This document shows, in pieces, positions 1 to 48,548 of a DNA stretch of 64,000 nucleotides (positions are counted from its first letter, which is position 1; every line of letters begins with the position of its first letter). Where the stretch lies: NCBI GenBank assembly GCA_964016885.1, contig OZ024743.1, forward strand, positions 244,466,001 to 244,530,000. The letters run 5' to 3'. The translations under genes were made by a program, and so were the position numbers. The notes beneath the pieces were generated by a model, which was given only the letters and a program-made list of their open reading frames with translations, searched no databases and was not told the DNA's origin. The DNA is from Eledone cirrhosa (taxonomy: Eukaryota).

Positions 1-2738
1 TCGTCTCTTCCCTGCACTTGTCTTGGAGGTCTTCAAACCTGTCAAAGATGTTGCTCTTTTTTCTCTGATTAAAAAATAAATAAAAAGGAGCCGATCATCA
101 TATCTGACCAAGAAAACAATGTTTCCATTAGTCTTTCTATTGATGATACTATGTTTCAGTAACAACACTTAGCAGAAAGAGGCGGGTTTTAAAATCCAAA
201 TGCCAGTTAAGATACCGCAAAGTATGCCGTCCCACCTTTGAAAAATTCTGCCAATCTACCGCTCCTGGATTGTTACTTTATCAATTTTTAAAGAGTAAAA
301 AACAAAGTAGCCTTTAACTTGATTTGAACTCAGACCGATACCCTAATGAACCTACAATCCTCTGATTAAACCATGAAATAGAAATAATAAAGAATATATC
401 TGTAAATCATCTGCCATATATTTTATATATTTCGTCTTTTAATAGTCTTCAAGGTTTGTGGTAAAGACAACATAGGGTTTTCAAATTGAAATGCGTTGCT
501 AAAAACTAAAATAAACCTAATTACTTGTCAATACAGATGGTTGTTACAATGCTGGATTCATAATCGTAAGGTCTTGTGTTCGATTCTTGAACCTGGAGGC
601 GAGTTGTGTCCTTCATTAAGACACATAATTCCACGTTGCTCTTGTCCACTCAAATGAAAAGTAAAACCCAAATACCAATATCAACAATAGCTAGGGGTTG
701 ACCTTGCGACGGAGTGTCGTCGCGATTAGGGAGAAGCCCCGGGACATACTTTAAATATGTTTATCAATAAATTAAGCGTATTGTGATGTTAATGTTAAGG
801 ATTTGATTGAACCACACGAGCAAAGGCGTAGGAGATAACAAAAAGTAATGAGATTCTTGTATATACAATGATTTAATAAAGTGTTTCATGTCATCGATTC
901 ATATTAAATTAGATGTGATCATGTGGTCCGTCACTTTAAAGATATGACTAGGAGTGTAAATTACTATGTTTGTTCCAGTTGTTCAGACAACAGAGCAGCC
1001 TGTTTGTGAAATTAACTTGCAGTTAGCTGAGCATGCGCAGATATGTGCACTCTTAAAGTAGTTCTCAGGGCAAGTTAGTGTGACATAATGTGTAACAAAG
1101 CTGACTCTTTGAAAATACCCATCTAATTGGAGGTGAACAATGTGAAATAAAATGTCTTGTGCATAGACTCAACACACCGTCGGGAATTGAACTTACGACC
1201 GTGAGCCGAGCACGCTAAACACTAATTCACGTGCCTTCGCATGCGATAATGTAATATGTATGTATATTATATTACTTGACGATGAATGTTCAGTGTTGTT
1301 GTGGCGTCGGATGAAGTGTCTCAGTATTTGTTCCTACCCACTTCTCTCTAAGTTCAAATTCCGCTAAAGTCAATTTTGGCTTTCATATGTTCGGGGATTA
1401 TAAATTAAGTACCAGTCCATAGGCGGTGGATCGGCTAAATTGTTTAGGAGTTGGGCAGGATGCTTTGCAGAATATGATGTGGTTTTGTGCAATTTAACTT
1501 CAAATTCCACTTCCTTCTGTCAGTTGCAGACCAGTAGACAGTATCAGCAATGGAAAGACCAATGAGAACATTTCTTTGGTCTGATTTGATCTTCTTTTTG
1601 AATTTCTTTCTTTTTTAAATATTAGATTTCTCATAGACAAATTAAACCTAGTTTCATGTTCTTCATTATGTTATTTTGAATATTTGTTTTAGATAAAAGC
1701 TCCACAGCAATCTTGTAGTGAATTCGGATTTAGAGTACCAGTCAACTGACTGTTTTATCGTTCTGTTTGGTTTTATGTTACTTTCATTTAACAATAAAAG
1801 TAAAACAACACCAAACAACAAAATGGTCAGGATGAATAAATTTTGAAGTTGGTGCCTACTTCAGTTTTCGGTGAAGAAATTGATTCTGTAACAATATGCG
1901 ATTATTTCGGGGCTTTAAGGATACTAGGTTGTAGTGTCGGGAATGGGCTTTGCGGTATTTGTTCTGGCTTTTTACGTTCTAAGTTCAAATCCCGCCGAGG
2001 TTAGCTTTACCTTTCATCATTACTGGGTCGATAAAATAAAGTACCAGTAACACACTGAGGTCGATTTAATCAAACACAAACACAATTGTTGGTCTGTGCC
2101 AAAAATCAGAACCCATTATTACAGATGTTGTCAGGGTTGTGGATTGACAGTATTGGTAGAGCATAGGACAACATGTTTTGCAGCATATAGTTACGTCCGT
2201 TTAGGTTCTGAGTTCAAATCCCGCCGAGGTTAGCTTTGTTTTCTTCCCTACAGGGTCGATAAAATATAGTAGCAGTTAAGTGTTGGAGTCGATGTAATCA
2301 ACTTCCCTCTTTCCCTTCAAATTTCTAGCCTTGTGCCAAATGTAGAAACCATCATTACTGATGTTGTTAGCCTTGTGTGTCTAATAAAGAAACCATCATT
2401 ACTGATGTTGTTTGGCATATAGTTACGACCCTTTGCCTTCTAAGTTCAAATCCCAGCACGGCCAACTTTTGTCTTTTATCCTTCCACCCAAGTATTGGAG
2501 TTGATGTTGTCCATTAAATTATGACCTTGTATCAAAATTAGTAACCACTACAAGGTGGACCAAAATCGCAATACATGGGAATAATAATTACATTTTTAAG
2601 TTTACATTTAACGTATTCTTTTCTAATTTACAGCAAAATAAATTTCATATGTATCGCGACTTTTGGTCCACCCTATATTTCTTGTTTCTTCTCGGAAACA
2701 CCATTCAATATCTCAAACCAATATATTTGTTTTGACAG

Positions 2739-36149
<33,411 letters not shown>

Positions 36150-36211
36150 AACTGGAGTAGTTTTCAAGAAAACAAAGAAAGACTGGAAGACTAAGGAGAA
36201 ACATGTTTAAA

Positions 36212-36217
36212 AATAAA
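36212..36217 (+). promoter_or_regulatory. Candidate polyadenylation signal of the P450 gene
   Basis: AATAAA about 60 nt after the stop codon, followed by T/GT-rich sequence. AATAAA is common in this AT-rich DNA, so support is weak. Confidence 0.4.
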
Positions 36218-36439
36218 CTCTGTAGTTCTTTGATGAACCACGTTTCCTCAATGTGCTTTCAATGGAAAAGTAGCCAAAAAAAAAAAAAAAATACGTTGCA
36301 TGAAATTTTAAAACATTTTTTTTAAAGAAGCAAGACAAATATATATACATGCATATTAATCAATATATTTATGTAAGTGTATGTAAATGTATGCCTAAAT
36401 ACACACAATCACATACACATGCATATTATATGCTGTATA

Positions 36440-36487
<48 letters not shown>

Positions 36488-36777
36488 CACGTATGTAAGT
36501 ATTAAACGTGTACCTGTGTGTATCCGGGTTAGAATAGCTACGTATCCCTGCGTGTCTTGAGAGTTGACTAAAAGGTTTGGCGCCATGAAGGGCATGCGGC
36601 CGTAAAAATTACACCTCCCCCACCCCAGATGAGTATGAAGCCTGCCAAGGAGTCAGCAGAGCTAATAACTGCATCAGAGCAGAAAATAGCCTTAAAGCGC
36701 TCGTTGTATATGCACGTGTATAGATATATGTTCATATATGTCAGCATGGAAAAGCGGACATAAAAAAACGATGATTA

Positions 36778-36807
<30 letters not shown>

Positions 36808-36808
<1 letters not shown>

Positions 36809-36946
36809 ACGGAGGAAATGTGGTAAGAAACCAGGTGGACCATAACGCACCAAAGTACTCAATACTTAGGGTAGTAGAGTGGGTAATAGGAACGAGTAGG
36901 ACCCCGACGCCTGGAGCTCAGCCGTCGGGGTCCTACTCGTTCCTAT
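36808..36946 (-). mobile_element. Short fold-back element, copy 2
   Basis: Near-identical to the reverse complement of the 3983-4086 tail; arms 36886-36909 / 36923-36946; (TA)n flanks. Confidence 0.85.
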
Positions 36947-38122
36947 ATATATATATATACATATGTATATGTGTATTTATGCATATATATGTGTGTATAT
37001 ATGTATATACGTATGTGTGTATATATATATATGTGTGTGTGTGTGTGCGTGCGTGAATATGTATATATAATCATAGTTTAACGTCCGATATATATATGTA
37101 TACATATATCCATGTCGCCATAGAAAACGGATGTAAAATATGTATGTATATTGTGCAAATGTATACGAAGATGATTTCGTATATTTGTAGATAATTAGTT
37201 AGTTATAAAATTAATAATGCATCGGTAATATGCTTTTATTCTACACACATGTATTGTTACATTTTGGGGGATCACGCTGCCAATAAAAACACGTGCGTAT
37301 GTTTTTTTTATTGGTAACACGACCCTCTCAAAGTATAACAATATCTATTTCAACATACAATTTCCCACTACAAGAATCTTGCAAAACAAATACTCAAACG
37401 TGTATGTATATACATGCATACATACATACATTGTGTGTGTGTATGTGTGTATGTATATATATATATGCGTTTGTTTGTACGAATATATAGAGGCTTTTGT
37501 ACACATATTTATGTATTTATGTGGAAGAGTATGTATGTATGCATGTATGTTAGTATGTTTGCCCATGCAAATATACATATGGATTTCCTTATGACTATTA
37601 CTGAAAATATATTACTACCACTACTACCATCACTGCACTCGTAATGTGTCACCGAAGATTATGTCTTTGGATTTGCTTGTAGTACATTCCTTGAAAACCT
37701 ATGTATTTATAAATTGCTAGAAATTGCCTCCAAAACAGTTGCGTGCGATTCTACATATTACTAGAAATCTGTTTCCTCTCTTTGCGATCTGAAGTCAATT
37801 TCATATTTCAAGCCACCAGGGTAGATAAAGTAAGTACCAGTCATTCACTATGGTCGATTATGACTGCTATAGCCATCCTATACATATATATATAGAGAGA
37901 GAGATCTATCCAGTGTACGATCTTCTGACTGTCAAGCAGAGCGTTTCACCGTTGAGCATAAATTCCTAATAAATGTAAAAATATGAATATATCTGCAGAT
38001 TCATTTTAATTAATTAACATTTATTAAACTAAATTTTCTTTTTTCTTGAACAGAAAACATTATATATAACTTTGATAAGTTTCGACCAGGGTTGGCCCAG
38101 GACATGTCTAACATAATTAAAC

Positions 38123-38159
<37 letters not shown>

Positions 38160-38389
38160 GTATATATATATATTTTTTTTGTTAACCTGTTTAGCTTGCT
38201 CGTTTTTTCGGCTGCCTGGCGATTCACAGTCATTTTTATAATGTGTCTGGCCCTTATAACGTATGTTAATTGCTCTGGCTTCTTCATAGTCCATTGAGCG
38301 CTTGCCGGCATATCTCGAAAATTGCGTTTCGCTTTGTTTTGGCGGCCGCCGAAATACGATCTCGCTGAAATTATATTTATATTTATATT

Positions 38390-38444
<55 letters not shown>

Positions 38445-38499
38445 AAGTATTTCCGTAGGAAAGGTAAAGGAAAAGAGAGTGCTCTATGTAGACTACAGT

Positions 38500-38758
38500 G
38501 TTATGTAATAAACAGCATAAGATAATGAATTCATTTACCAATGGTTTCTTGAAGAGCTTGACACTTATGTCTGTCTTCATTCATCAGAATAAGTTTATTA
38601 TGGAATGGGATATGGATTTGAAAACCCATATGGTTTTCAAATCCATATCCCATTCCATAATAAACTTATTCTGATGAATGAAGACAGACATAAGTGTCAA
38701 GCTCTTCAAGAAACCATTGGTAAATGAATTCATTATCTTATGCTGTTTATTACATAAC
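38500..38758. mobile_element. Perfect 127-bp-arm fold-back element carrying a hammerhead on each strand
   Basis: 38500-38626 is the reverse complement of 38632-38758 with no mismatch seen (5-nt loop). (TA)n on the right flank and about 60 bp to the left. Confidence 0.85.
38666..38727 (+). ncRNA. Minimal type-I hammerhead ribozyme candidate (mirror copy on minus at 38531-38592)
   Basis: UUAUU-CUGAUGA-A-UGAAGA..GACAU-AA-GUGUC..UCUUCA-A-GAAACCAUUGGUA-AAUGA. Stem I UUAUU/AAUGA, stem II UGAAGA/UCUUCA, stem III ACCA/UGGU, GUA triplet. Confidence 0.68.
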
Positions 38759-38944
38759 TATATATATATATATATATATATAACATATATTATATATATG
38801 TAGATATATATGTTATATATATATGTACATATATATAGATATATAACATATATAGATATATATGTAGATATACATATATATATATATATATTATATATAT
38901 ATATATATATAATATATTATATATATATTATATATATATATATG

Positions 38945-38998
<54 letters not shown>

Positions 38999-39949
38999 GA
39001 TCACTAAGCTGAACAAATTCAGGCATTCTTTTTTATCGCAATTTCATTTCTTGAATTATATCGGCAAAATTACAATATTGAATACATAGACATCTAGAGG
39101 GTTTCTGACATCATTTATTATTATTATTATTATTGTTGTTGTTTTTCCTTTCTCTTCAGTATTGTTTCTGATATATACCGAGTGTCTTCCTGACACCTTC
39201 GGCATTATTATTATTATTATTGTTGCTGTTGTCGTTATTATTATTATATAATCTTTTTTTTTTGTACATACACACATATAGATATATATCTACATGCACA
39301 CACTCAATATATACATAGATATATATTTGTGTGTGTGCTTACATTAATCTGAAATGGTTAGACGTATGAAACCGCTGGTAATGTATAAATACGTCACACT
39401 GTTCATATAAATATTCTCAGCTTCTACATGACGTCTTGATTTCTTTCTTCTTGATTTTGTACCCAGCCTTCAGTATGTATGTGTGAATGTATGTATGTAT
39501 GTATGTATATATATATAAGCATACTTGGGGTGCATGTTCTGAAGTGTTTATCAAGTTTGTATTCAGTGTGTCACTGGCCTTATCCACGCTCTTTCACCCA
39601 ATCCTGCTCAATCCGTATTGATCAATGTCTTCACAACAATCTTATCTGACTAGTCACCTTTACAACTTTATTGCACTGTATATATCTCATTCCATTCCTC
39701 AATACTCTGCGGTTCTCAAGCTAGGGCCGCATATGTATTTAGTTAGTACTGGTGTGTCTGTGAACTAAGTTTAAGATTTCATATACTTTGTTAAAAAATT
39801 AATATAAGCATTAATATAAATTAATATAAATTAATATAAGCATTAGCACATATAAACATATCTCTCTTTCTATTGTTATTCTCACCGTATAACAATTCGG
39901 AAGGGAATAATAAATTGCGGAGTCCATGAGAAAATTATTTAAATATAAA

Positions 39950-41830
39950 AGTCCTTGGTAATGAATAATATTGTGACAGAAAGTGCATAACCACAGATAG
40001 AGCGAATACAATGTTTGTGGAATACATCAAGCTTATAAATATGGGTGCAATAAAGTGTCCATGAATCTGAGGCTTATAAAAATGTTCAGTGCCACTGCAC
40101 GATAAACTGCAACTTTGGTTTTCAGTTAGATAATGATGTAGTTTGCCAAAAGCGTCAGTTGCTTTGGAGACGCAATTGACGGTCTCATCAAGGAATACAG
40201 AGGGATAAGTAAAGCAGTTCACATACTTTAGATCCCTGTCATCAATAGTGATCGGAATATGAGGATGCCCGTTCCTCAGCTGTCCCTGCTTTACATCTAC
40301 TTTTCTGGATGGGGTAGGAGGCTTTGGTTGATGTACAATCTTGGTCTTCTTAATGCTGATTGTTAAATCAAACGCCTCACAGGCAAGTGAGCAGGGGTTC
40401 ATCTTCGAAGGATATTGCAGCAACTGCAGAAAACTGTAAATCACAAATAATGCTTGTTTATGTAAGTGTTGAATCTGACCCCTGTGTTTATGTCTCCAAA
40501 TGCGTACTGAGGTTTTACAGAAAAGAACAAAGCAAAGTGAACAAGAACCATGATACAACTCTACTTTGTACCATTTGTGACACCAAATGATTCCCAGCAT
40601 TCATCATTTGACATAATTGATGCTTTCATGCCCCTATGAAAAAAATGACATCCAGCATATTGTCAGGTATGCCAAGCCTTTTGAGTACTTTTTATTAGCA
40701 GCTGCTTTAGCTGGCCACCAGACATCCTTCATTTTCTAAGTGAGAACACAATTCTTATAGGCTTTCTTTTATGTTTTTCCAATCCAAAGCCTGTGTAGGT
40801 TCTGGACCTCTGACTTACTTTCATCAAACCAGTCATGGTGTTTTCTCATAGGAAATCCTAAAACTTCTACGGAATCTGCATAGGTGGCATCTTTGAACGC
40901 TTTCCATGAAACCTCATTGTAATCAGAAATCTGAACAGAAGGATGAATCAAGTTTTGTAGAAAGTTCGCTCCTTCTGTCAGTGGGTCTCAAAGCATCCAC
41001 ATGAACCTTAGGTGGGATAGGCGGCTTTTGTTGAGAATTTTCAATGAAACTTTGCTGCGCAGCGGTACATGATCCGAGAGGTAGCAAGAAATGTGAAAGG
41101 AACGAGTAATTTTGAAATCTTTTAGGCCACGCCTGTGTGTAATGGTATAGTCAATCATGTGTCAATTCTTGGATTTAGGACGCATCCATGTTCTCTTATG
41201 CTTTGCAGGTTGTATAAAAAGCTATTAGTGAAATATTAGAGCAAATTCCTTACAGAGTGAAAGTAGCCTAAGCCCATTTGAGTTCATAGCTATGATTCCA
41301 GTAAACCCGAGTACGTTATGACATATTTGATAGTCATTTCCAGCTCTAACATTGAAATCTCCCAGTATGATGAGCTTGTTCTTATATGGAACAGTGAAGA
41401 CCACTGTGTGAAGCTGATCAGAGAATGTTTTGATATCCTGCTTATCCTGCTTAGATAAATAGAGTTGGGGTGCTGTTTGCAAAGTCCAGAGAAAGAATCA
41501 TGATACGATCAAAGACACCTTTAGTGAATGAGGTTAAAGATTTAGCAATATCAGATCTAATGATGAAATCAACAGCAGATTCGTTGTAGTCTTGAATTTT
41601 TCCAGACCAGAAGACTGTATACCCTCCCCCATTTGAGATGAGCGAGTGAGTCGGGTTTCACTTATGGCACAGATATCGATATTATATCTATTGAGTGCAT
41701 TACAGATGAAAGCTGATTTGCGTCCCCGATTTGAACTGCAGATCCGGAATATTCAAACATTCCAGGAACTAAAAGTTAAATGCTTTGTTCGTTTCGACCG
41801 CATATTTGGATAACCAGACAGCCGCAGTTG
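39950..41830 (-). mobile_element. Degenerate RTE LINE (APE endonuclease plus RT remnants, internally deleted)
   Basis: HLTFSSWNV, LIILGDFNVRAG, MNSNGLRLLSLC, RKHHDWFDES, LTISIKKTKIVHQP, SKATDAFGKL in broken frames. Confidence 0.85.
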
Positions 41831-41857
41831 AACACGCACGCACACACACACACACGC

Positions 41858-41925
<68 letters not shown>

Positions 41926-42839
41926 TTATATATATGTTGCTCTGGAGATTCACCTGCTTCTCACAGCGTCATCAGACAAGAACATATATATGTATGTGAG
42001 TATAATGTGTATATATATATATATATATACATACACAGAGAAAGAGGAGTCTGAAAATGTAAGGGGTAAAACACTAATTTTTTACTCTGCTCATATGTAT
42101 TGAGTGCTCATCAGGTTAGTATATAAGCATTTGTGTGTGAGTGTCGATTCATATATTGATGTTTAAGTGTATTCAAAACCTGATCATTGTTGTATATATT
42201 TAAAATATAAGGCTAAAAAAGAAAAATAACCTCTTATGGTATGTATATACGTAGTATGTCTGTTATGTTGTTTGTTTTTGTTTTTTCGTCCTTTCCTGTG
42301 TAAAGAAGCTTAGCTACTGTTATATCTGTATGCACTCATACAGATATGCATTCAACTATGAAGGCGCTTGACTTAGTGGTTAGAGATGTTCGGCTCACGA
42401 TCGTATGGTCGTAAGTTCGATGCTTGGTAGAGTCTTATGTCCTTCAACAAGACACTTTATTTCACGTTGCTTCAGTGCACTCAGCTTGCAAAATATGAGT
42501 TGTATCTGTGCCAGTAGGGAGCAGGTCTCATTGATCGTTCAACCTGATTTCAGAAACGTCTAGAGTATCTCAGTTGAAAGGATCTTAAGTCTGCTGGATT
42601 GGAGTCGACTTTGTAGAGGCTTCCTAAACATAGTCACTTTCATCTAGCAAATTAAATTAACAGGGAACTTTTCAGTGATATTTGTCTATGGGAGCAAACA
42701 AAATAATCCAAGATCGCGAGATCCTATTATTTTTTTACTTGTTTGAATTTAGGGGGGGGGGGGGGGGGTTATGGTTAAAACTGATAAGGTAACGTTGAGC
42801 AGTGAAAGAGTTGAGTTCCCACAATGTCTTACACCATTT

Positions 42840-43140
42840 TTATTCGGTAGGTCAAGAGGAAGAGGCAGTGCCTTCCTAGACAGGAGATAGAGATGTTGTT
42901 GATGTTCCTCTAAAATTGTCAATTCGAAAAGGCAGGATCAGGGATGGAGTTTTAGGTAGGGAGGACTGGATGTAATGGTTAATGCGAGGTTTGAGAGGCT
43001 GGACGTAACATATATAATCAGAAGTGGTGAGCAGGTAGAAAGTGCTTGGGGGTGGCAAAAAACTAGCCAGCTCCGAAGAGCTGAGACCATAGTAGTAACG
43101 GTAGGAGAGAAGGTTCGTTCTTTTGTGTAATCACCCGGTG
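42840..43140 (-). mobile_element. CR1/Daphne-like LINE 3' remnant
   Basis: YVQPLKPRINHYIQSSLPKT resembles the CR1-group C-terminal pattern (R.N.Y..SF.P.T); heavily decayed. Confidence 0.5.
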
Positions 43141-43365
43141 TCAAATATTATCTTCATCATCGTGATAGTTTTCTTCATTTTCATCATTTAAATGTTCTAT
43201 ATATTCCACTTATAACCTATCAATTCCCATATGAAGTGGAGACGACAAAACGGCACCTTGCTTATATCTACTTATTTCTCTTTTTTAAAATTACTCACAA
43301 TCCATTGTTCTGGGGACACGCAGGCGCTACAAACGCGTCAAGGAAACATTCCTTTTTCCTGAGGG

Positions 43366-43456
43366 GTCCCTTGATAAGCCGTATTAGCCTCACAACGATG
43401 ATGCATTTTTATAATGCAGAAAGTTGCGCACGGATCGGCGAAACTGCAATCGGGAC
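43366..43456 (+). ncRNA. Decayed hammerhead ribozyme (PLE-type)
   Basis: GTCCC-TTGATAA-GCCG...CGGC-GAAAC-TGCA-ATC-GGGAC. Stem I (5 bp) and stem II (4 bp) are perfect; the core differs from CTGATGA/ACTGCAGTC by three transitions. Confidence 0.5.
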
Positions 43457-43510
43457 TTTGAAGGAAAAATAGGTATATTTTTGTCTATTATTTCCTCATA
43501 TTTTGTGATT

Positions 43511-43552
<42 letters not shown>

Positions 43553-43676
43553 GTGTGTGTATAAAACTTCTGTAAATGCTGGTGCTAATCATTGTGTTTT
43601 TAAATATATAAACATGTCAGACATTGGCTTCATTTTCTTAATAGTCAAAGCGACGTTTCTCCAGCGGTAGCTTATT

Positions 43677-43736
<60 letters not shown>

Positions 43737-44291
43737 ATGTATGTATGTATATATATGTGTGTATATGTATATGTATGTATATATGCATGTGTGTGTATAC
43801 ATATATATATATATATATAAGCGTGTGTGCATATATATCTATGTATATGTAAACATGTAAGTATATATACACATATGTATGTATTTATATATATATATAT
43901 ATATATACATATTTGTTTGCATATATTATAGCCATTCTCACACAACCGAAGATTAGTAATTTTGATTCCTCTGTGTAACATTTCTGGCAAAGCAAGGATG
44001 TGTGTTAATACCTTCATAGTAATTGTTTTGAAGAGGAAAGCATTGCTGCAAATGAGAGGTGTTATTTCATATCATGCAACTGAATAAGTGTAATGTCAAT
44101 ATGACGAATAAACTAAGTGAGAGCCATCTTATGTCACCTGACATCAAGATGTATGTAATGTTATTTAGCATGACTATAGTTCACGGTTTCCATTCTATAT
44201 CGGATCAATCCAGCAGGGAAGATCAATTCACTGCAACTAGCAATTGCGTATCAGATATATGTATGTGTGTCCATATTCCCATACACAAATG

Positions 44292-44370
<79 letters not shown>

Positions 44371-44554
44371 GGGGAGTTCTTTTATATACTTGTAACTAGT
44401 CTGCGGCTGTGCTCGAACAGCCCCTTAATTTAGTCGATCGCATCGAACTCAGTACATACTTTCTCAAGTATGGTAAGTATTGTCTGGGCCTCTTTTGGTC
44501 GAAGCGCTAGATTATGAGACATAAATATAGGCACAGCCGCAAACCTAGATACAT

Positions 44555-44624
<70 letters not shown>

Positions 44625-44666
44625 GACAGGTTTCTGCAGTTTCCATCTATCAGATTTCACCCATGA

Positions 44667-44699
<33 letters not shown>

Positions 44700-46529
44700 C
44701 ACAAGCCGAAACCGTTGGCACCGCACTCTGGATTTTACACATCTCTTCAAAGATACATACATACATACATACATACATATACATACATAGATATGTTCAC
44801 ACAAACCTAGACACACTTGTATCTATGTATTTATACTCCGACGCAGATACATATATGGCTACGATTTTTGCTTTATACGTAAGCCGCCATGAAAAAATAA
44901 CTATAGATATTTTAAATACAAGCTCACATATACTATATATATAAATGTGTGTGTGTGTGTGTGTGTGTAAGTATGTATATATATGTGAGCTTGTATCCGT
45001 ATGTATATAAATGATCATCTCCAACCCATATATAATTTATGTGGCTCTACGGGTAATTCTGATTTTCTACATCTCGATTTTTCTTTGTTGTTGTTATCGT
45101 TTTCTGGGAAGAATGGTTACTGCTTAGTCAGAAGAAGAAGGGCAGAACCCATGGCTCTTTTAGAGTCATTGAAACTGTTGCTAGAAATGGAGGAAATCAG
45201 GTTCCAACAGGAGAACTGGTTCGAATAGGTGTAACAACGCTAAAGGTACCAATTACCTGGTCTGGAGGAAGCATTAAATCTAACAGGAAATGTCCTCCAA
45301 TGAACTTCTGCGCAGTTTTCTTAAAATTTCACTTGCAAGGCATTGATTAACCTGAGGTCTATAATAAAGACACCTGCCTCGCTGTGTGATTGAACCCAAA
45401 ACAATGTAGTCGTGAAGCAAAACTCTTAACGACATAGGCATGTCTGTCCCAATTTTAATACATTTCCCATATAATCCTTCTACGTTTTTATAGTTATTGT
45501 TACAATTATGGTTGCTGTTGTTATTTGTATTACACATAGTCATGCAAAGTTTCCAAGGTATTAATCCTGCTCCAGTGTGATTTCAATACTCTCCTTCGTC
45601 TGTACACCCGGAAGCAAAACTGTAAATCAGAACAATTCGGTGCCGTTTGGTGATACTTCAATATATTTGCTATATACGTGCCGCACAGACGGCTGTCGAG
45701 AATACCCGACATACATCATTTTTTCTGTAATAAGTAGAAATTCTGCTAAGGTTAGATATTGCCTTTCATCCTTCCAGAGGCACGACTATTATATCAGATA
45801 TGCCACCCTCTGCAAATAATGGCCTCTTGTCTTGTCATAATTTCATATTTCTGTAACGTTGACAGGTACAGTAATCACAGGCAGATTTGTATTATGCCGA
45901 AGTTGTATATATACGCTACTAATTCAATTGAGAATGGTATGACTACACCATAATATCGTAACTGTCAAAGTTCTGTTATTGTCCCTGATTAACAAGTCTC
46001 ATGTTTGCAACAATATGATTCTTTCCATTCAGATGCAACAATGATAGTTGATTCTCTCTGGTGCCATAATAGATCAGTGTAAAACTAATGCTATGACTGT
46101 TTGTAATTCAGCTTGTTCACGTATGCTCGCTTAATTATAATAATTGTTTCTATTTTAGGCACAAGGCCAGCAATTATCCAGTACATTACTGGTACTTTAA
46201 ATTATAATAATGATCCAAAACCAATATCATTTTTCTAGTTATTTCCTATCCTTCTGTTACGATTGTTATTTGCTATTTACATTTCGACATATTACATCTT
46301 ATATTACTGAAAACTTAGTTTTAAGAAACCACTAGCACTACTACTGCTACTGTTGTTGCTGATACTACTAATAATAATCATCGTTATTATTATTATTAGT
46401 TACCTCCCTGTATGATCTGAGTTCAAATCCCGCCGAGGTTAACTTTGCCTTTCATCCTTCCAGGGTCGATAAAATAAAGTACCAGTAATGCACTGAGTAA
46501 TTGCTGGCCTTGTGCCAAAAGTAGAAACA

Positions 46530-46561
<32 letters not shown>

Positions 46562-46864
46562 AAATATAACTATCATTTACACATATACGAAGCAATCCAG
46601 CCCACATCAAAAGCAAAAAGTCTCATGAGAATTAAAATGGTTTCCATTCCCCCGCCCCATTTTGTTATTTTTCCGTTTTTGTTTTGTTTTTTTTTCTGCT
46701 GAACTTGTTTTAAGAATGTATTATTTACCACACACACACACACACACACATGTACAACTTAATAGTAATAACAATGGTTTCTAATTTAAGCACAAGGCCA
46801 ACAACATTTGCAGGAGAATGAGAGAGTAGATAATATCGACCCGGGAAGGATGATAACGAAAGTT

Positions 46865-47779
<915 letters not shown>

Positions 47780-48481
47780 TGCAAATATGTTTATAACTTA
47801 TAACATTCTTCGACTGTATAACTTTCTACATTGTCGTGAAATATTTACAAAATTTTATCTTTTATTTAGTTTAATTTATTTGTCTATGTCGTGGACTCTG
47901 CTTTTCATCTATAACTCGCCGTCGGCGATGTTCCCACATAATAGATTATATCGAATTGTATTTGGAAACCGCTTTTTTTTTTTTTTTTTTTTTTTTTTAG
48001 TACTAAGTGTCGCCGTTTACTCTTAGCATTTTGATGAAACAAAGCGACTAATTGGCAGAGGCGTTAGAACGTCGGATAGAATGCTTTACGGTGTTCGTTC
48101 TGTGCTCTCACTTCAAATCCCAATGAAGTTAACTTTGCTTTTCATCCTTTTGAGATCGATAAAAAAAAAAAATTACCAGTCTGACACTCTCCATCTCTCT
48201 CTCCCCATCTCTCTTCCTCATTCTCTCACTCTCCCTCTCTCTTTCTCTTTCTCACTCTCCCTTGAAAGAGATTTCACTGTTACAACTGTCCAATTACTTA
48301 GACCCAAATATCTCAAACTTTGAGCCAAATATCCTGCAAGGAACATTTAATAGGTGTATGTTCCCAACAACTGATACCACACTTCATACCACGTTACTAA
48401 TGATTTCCGATGTAACATGAACACCGCAATTCCCAATTATTCTATTCTATATATATGTATACACACACACATACACTCACG

Positions 48482-48548
<67 letters not shown>

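Noticed and set aside
2575-2738. N-terminal part of the 181-aa ORF as the P450 start
   Set aside because: P450 similarity begins at the acceptor at 2739; the upstream part is AT-rich intron and the ORF runs past the donor at 2930. No convincing earlier exon was found in 1-2738.
39340-39390. Hammerhead at GAAACCGCTGGTA-ATGTA
   Set aside because: Stem III and a possible stem I are present but there is no CUGAnGA core; counted only as a weak remnant.
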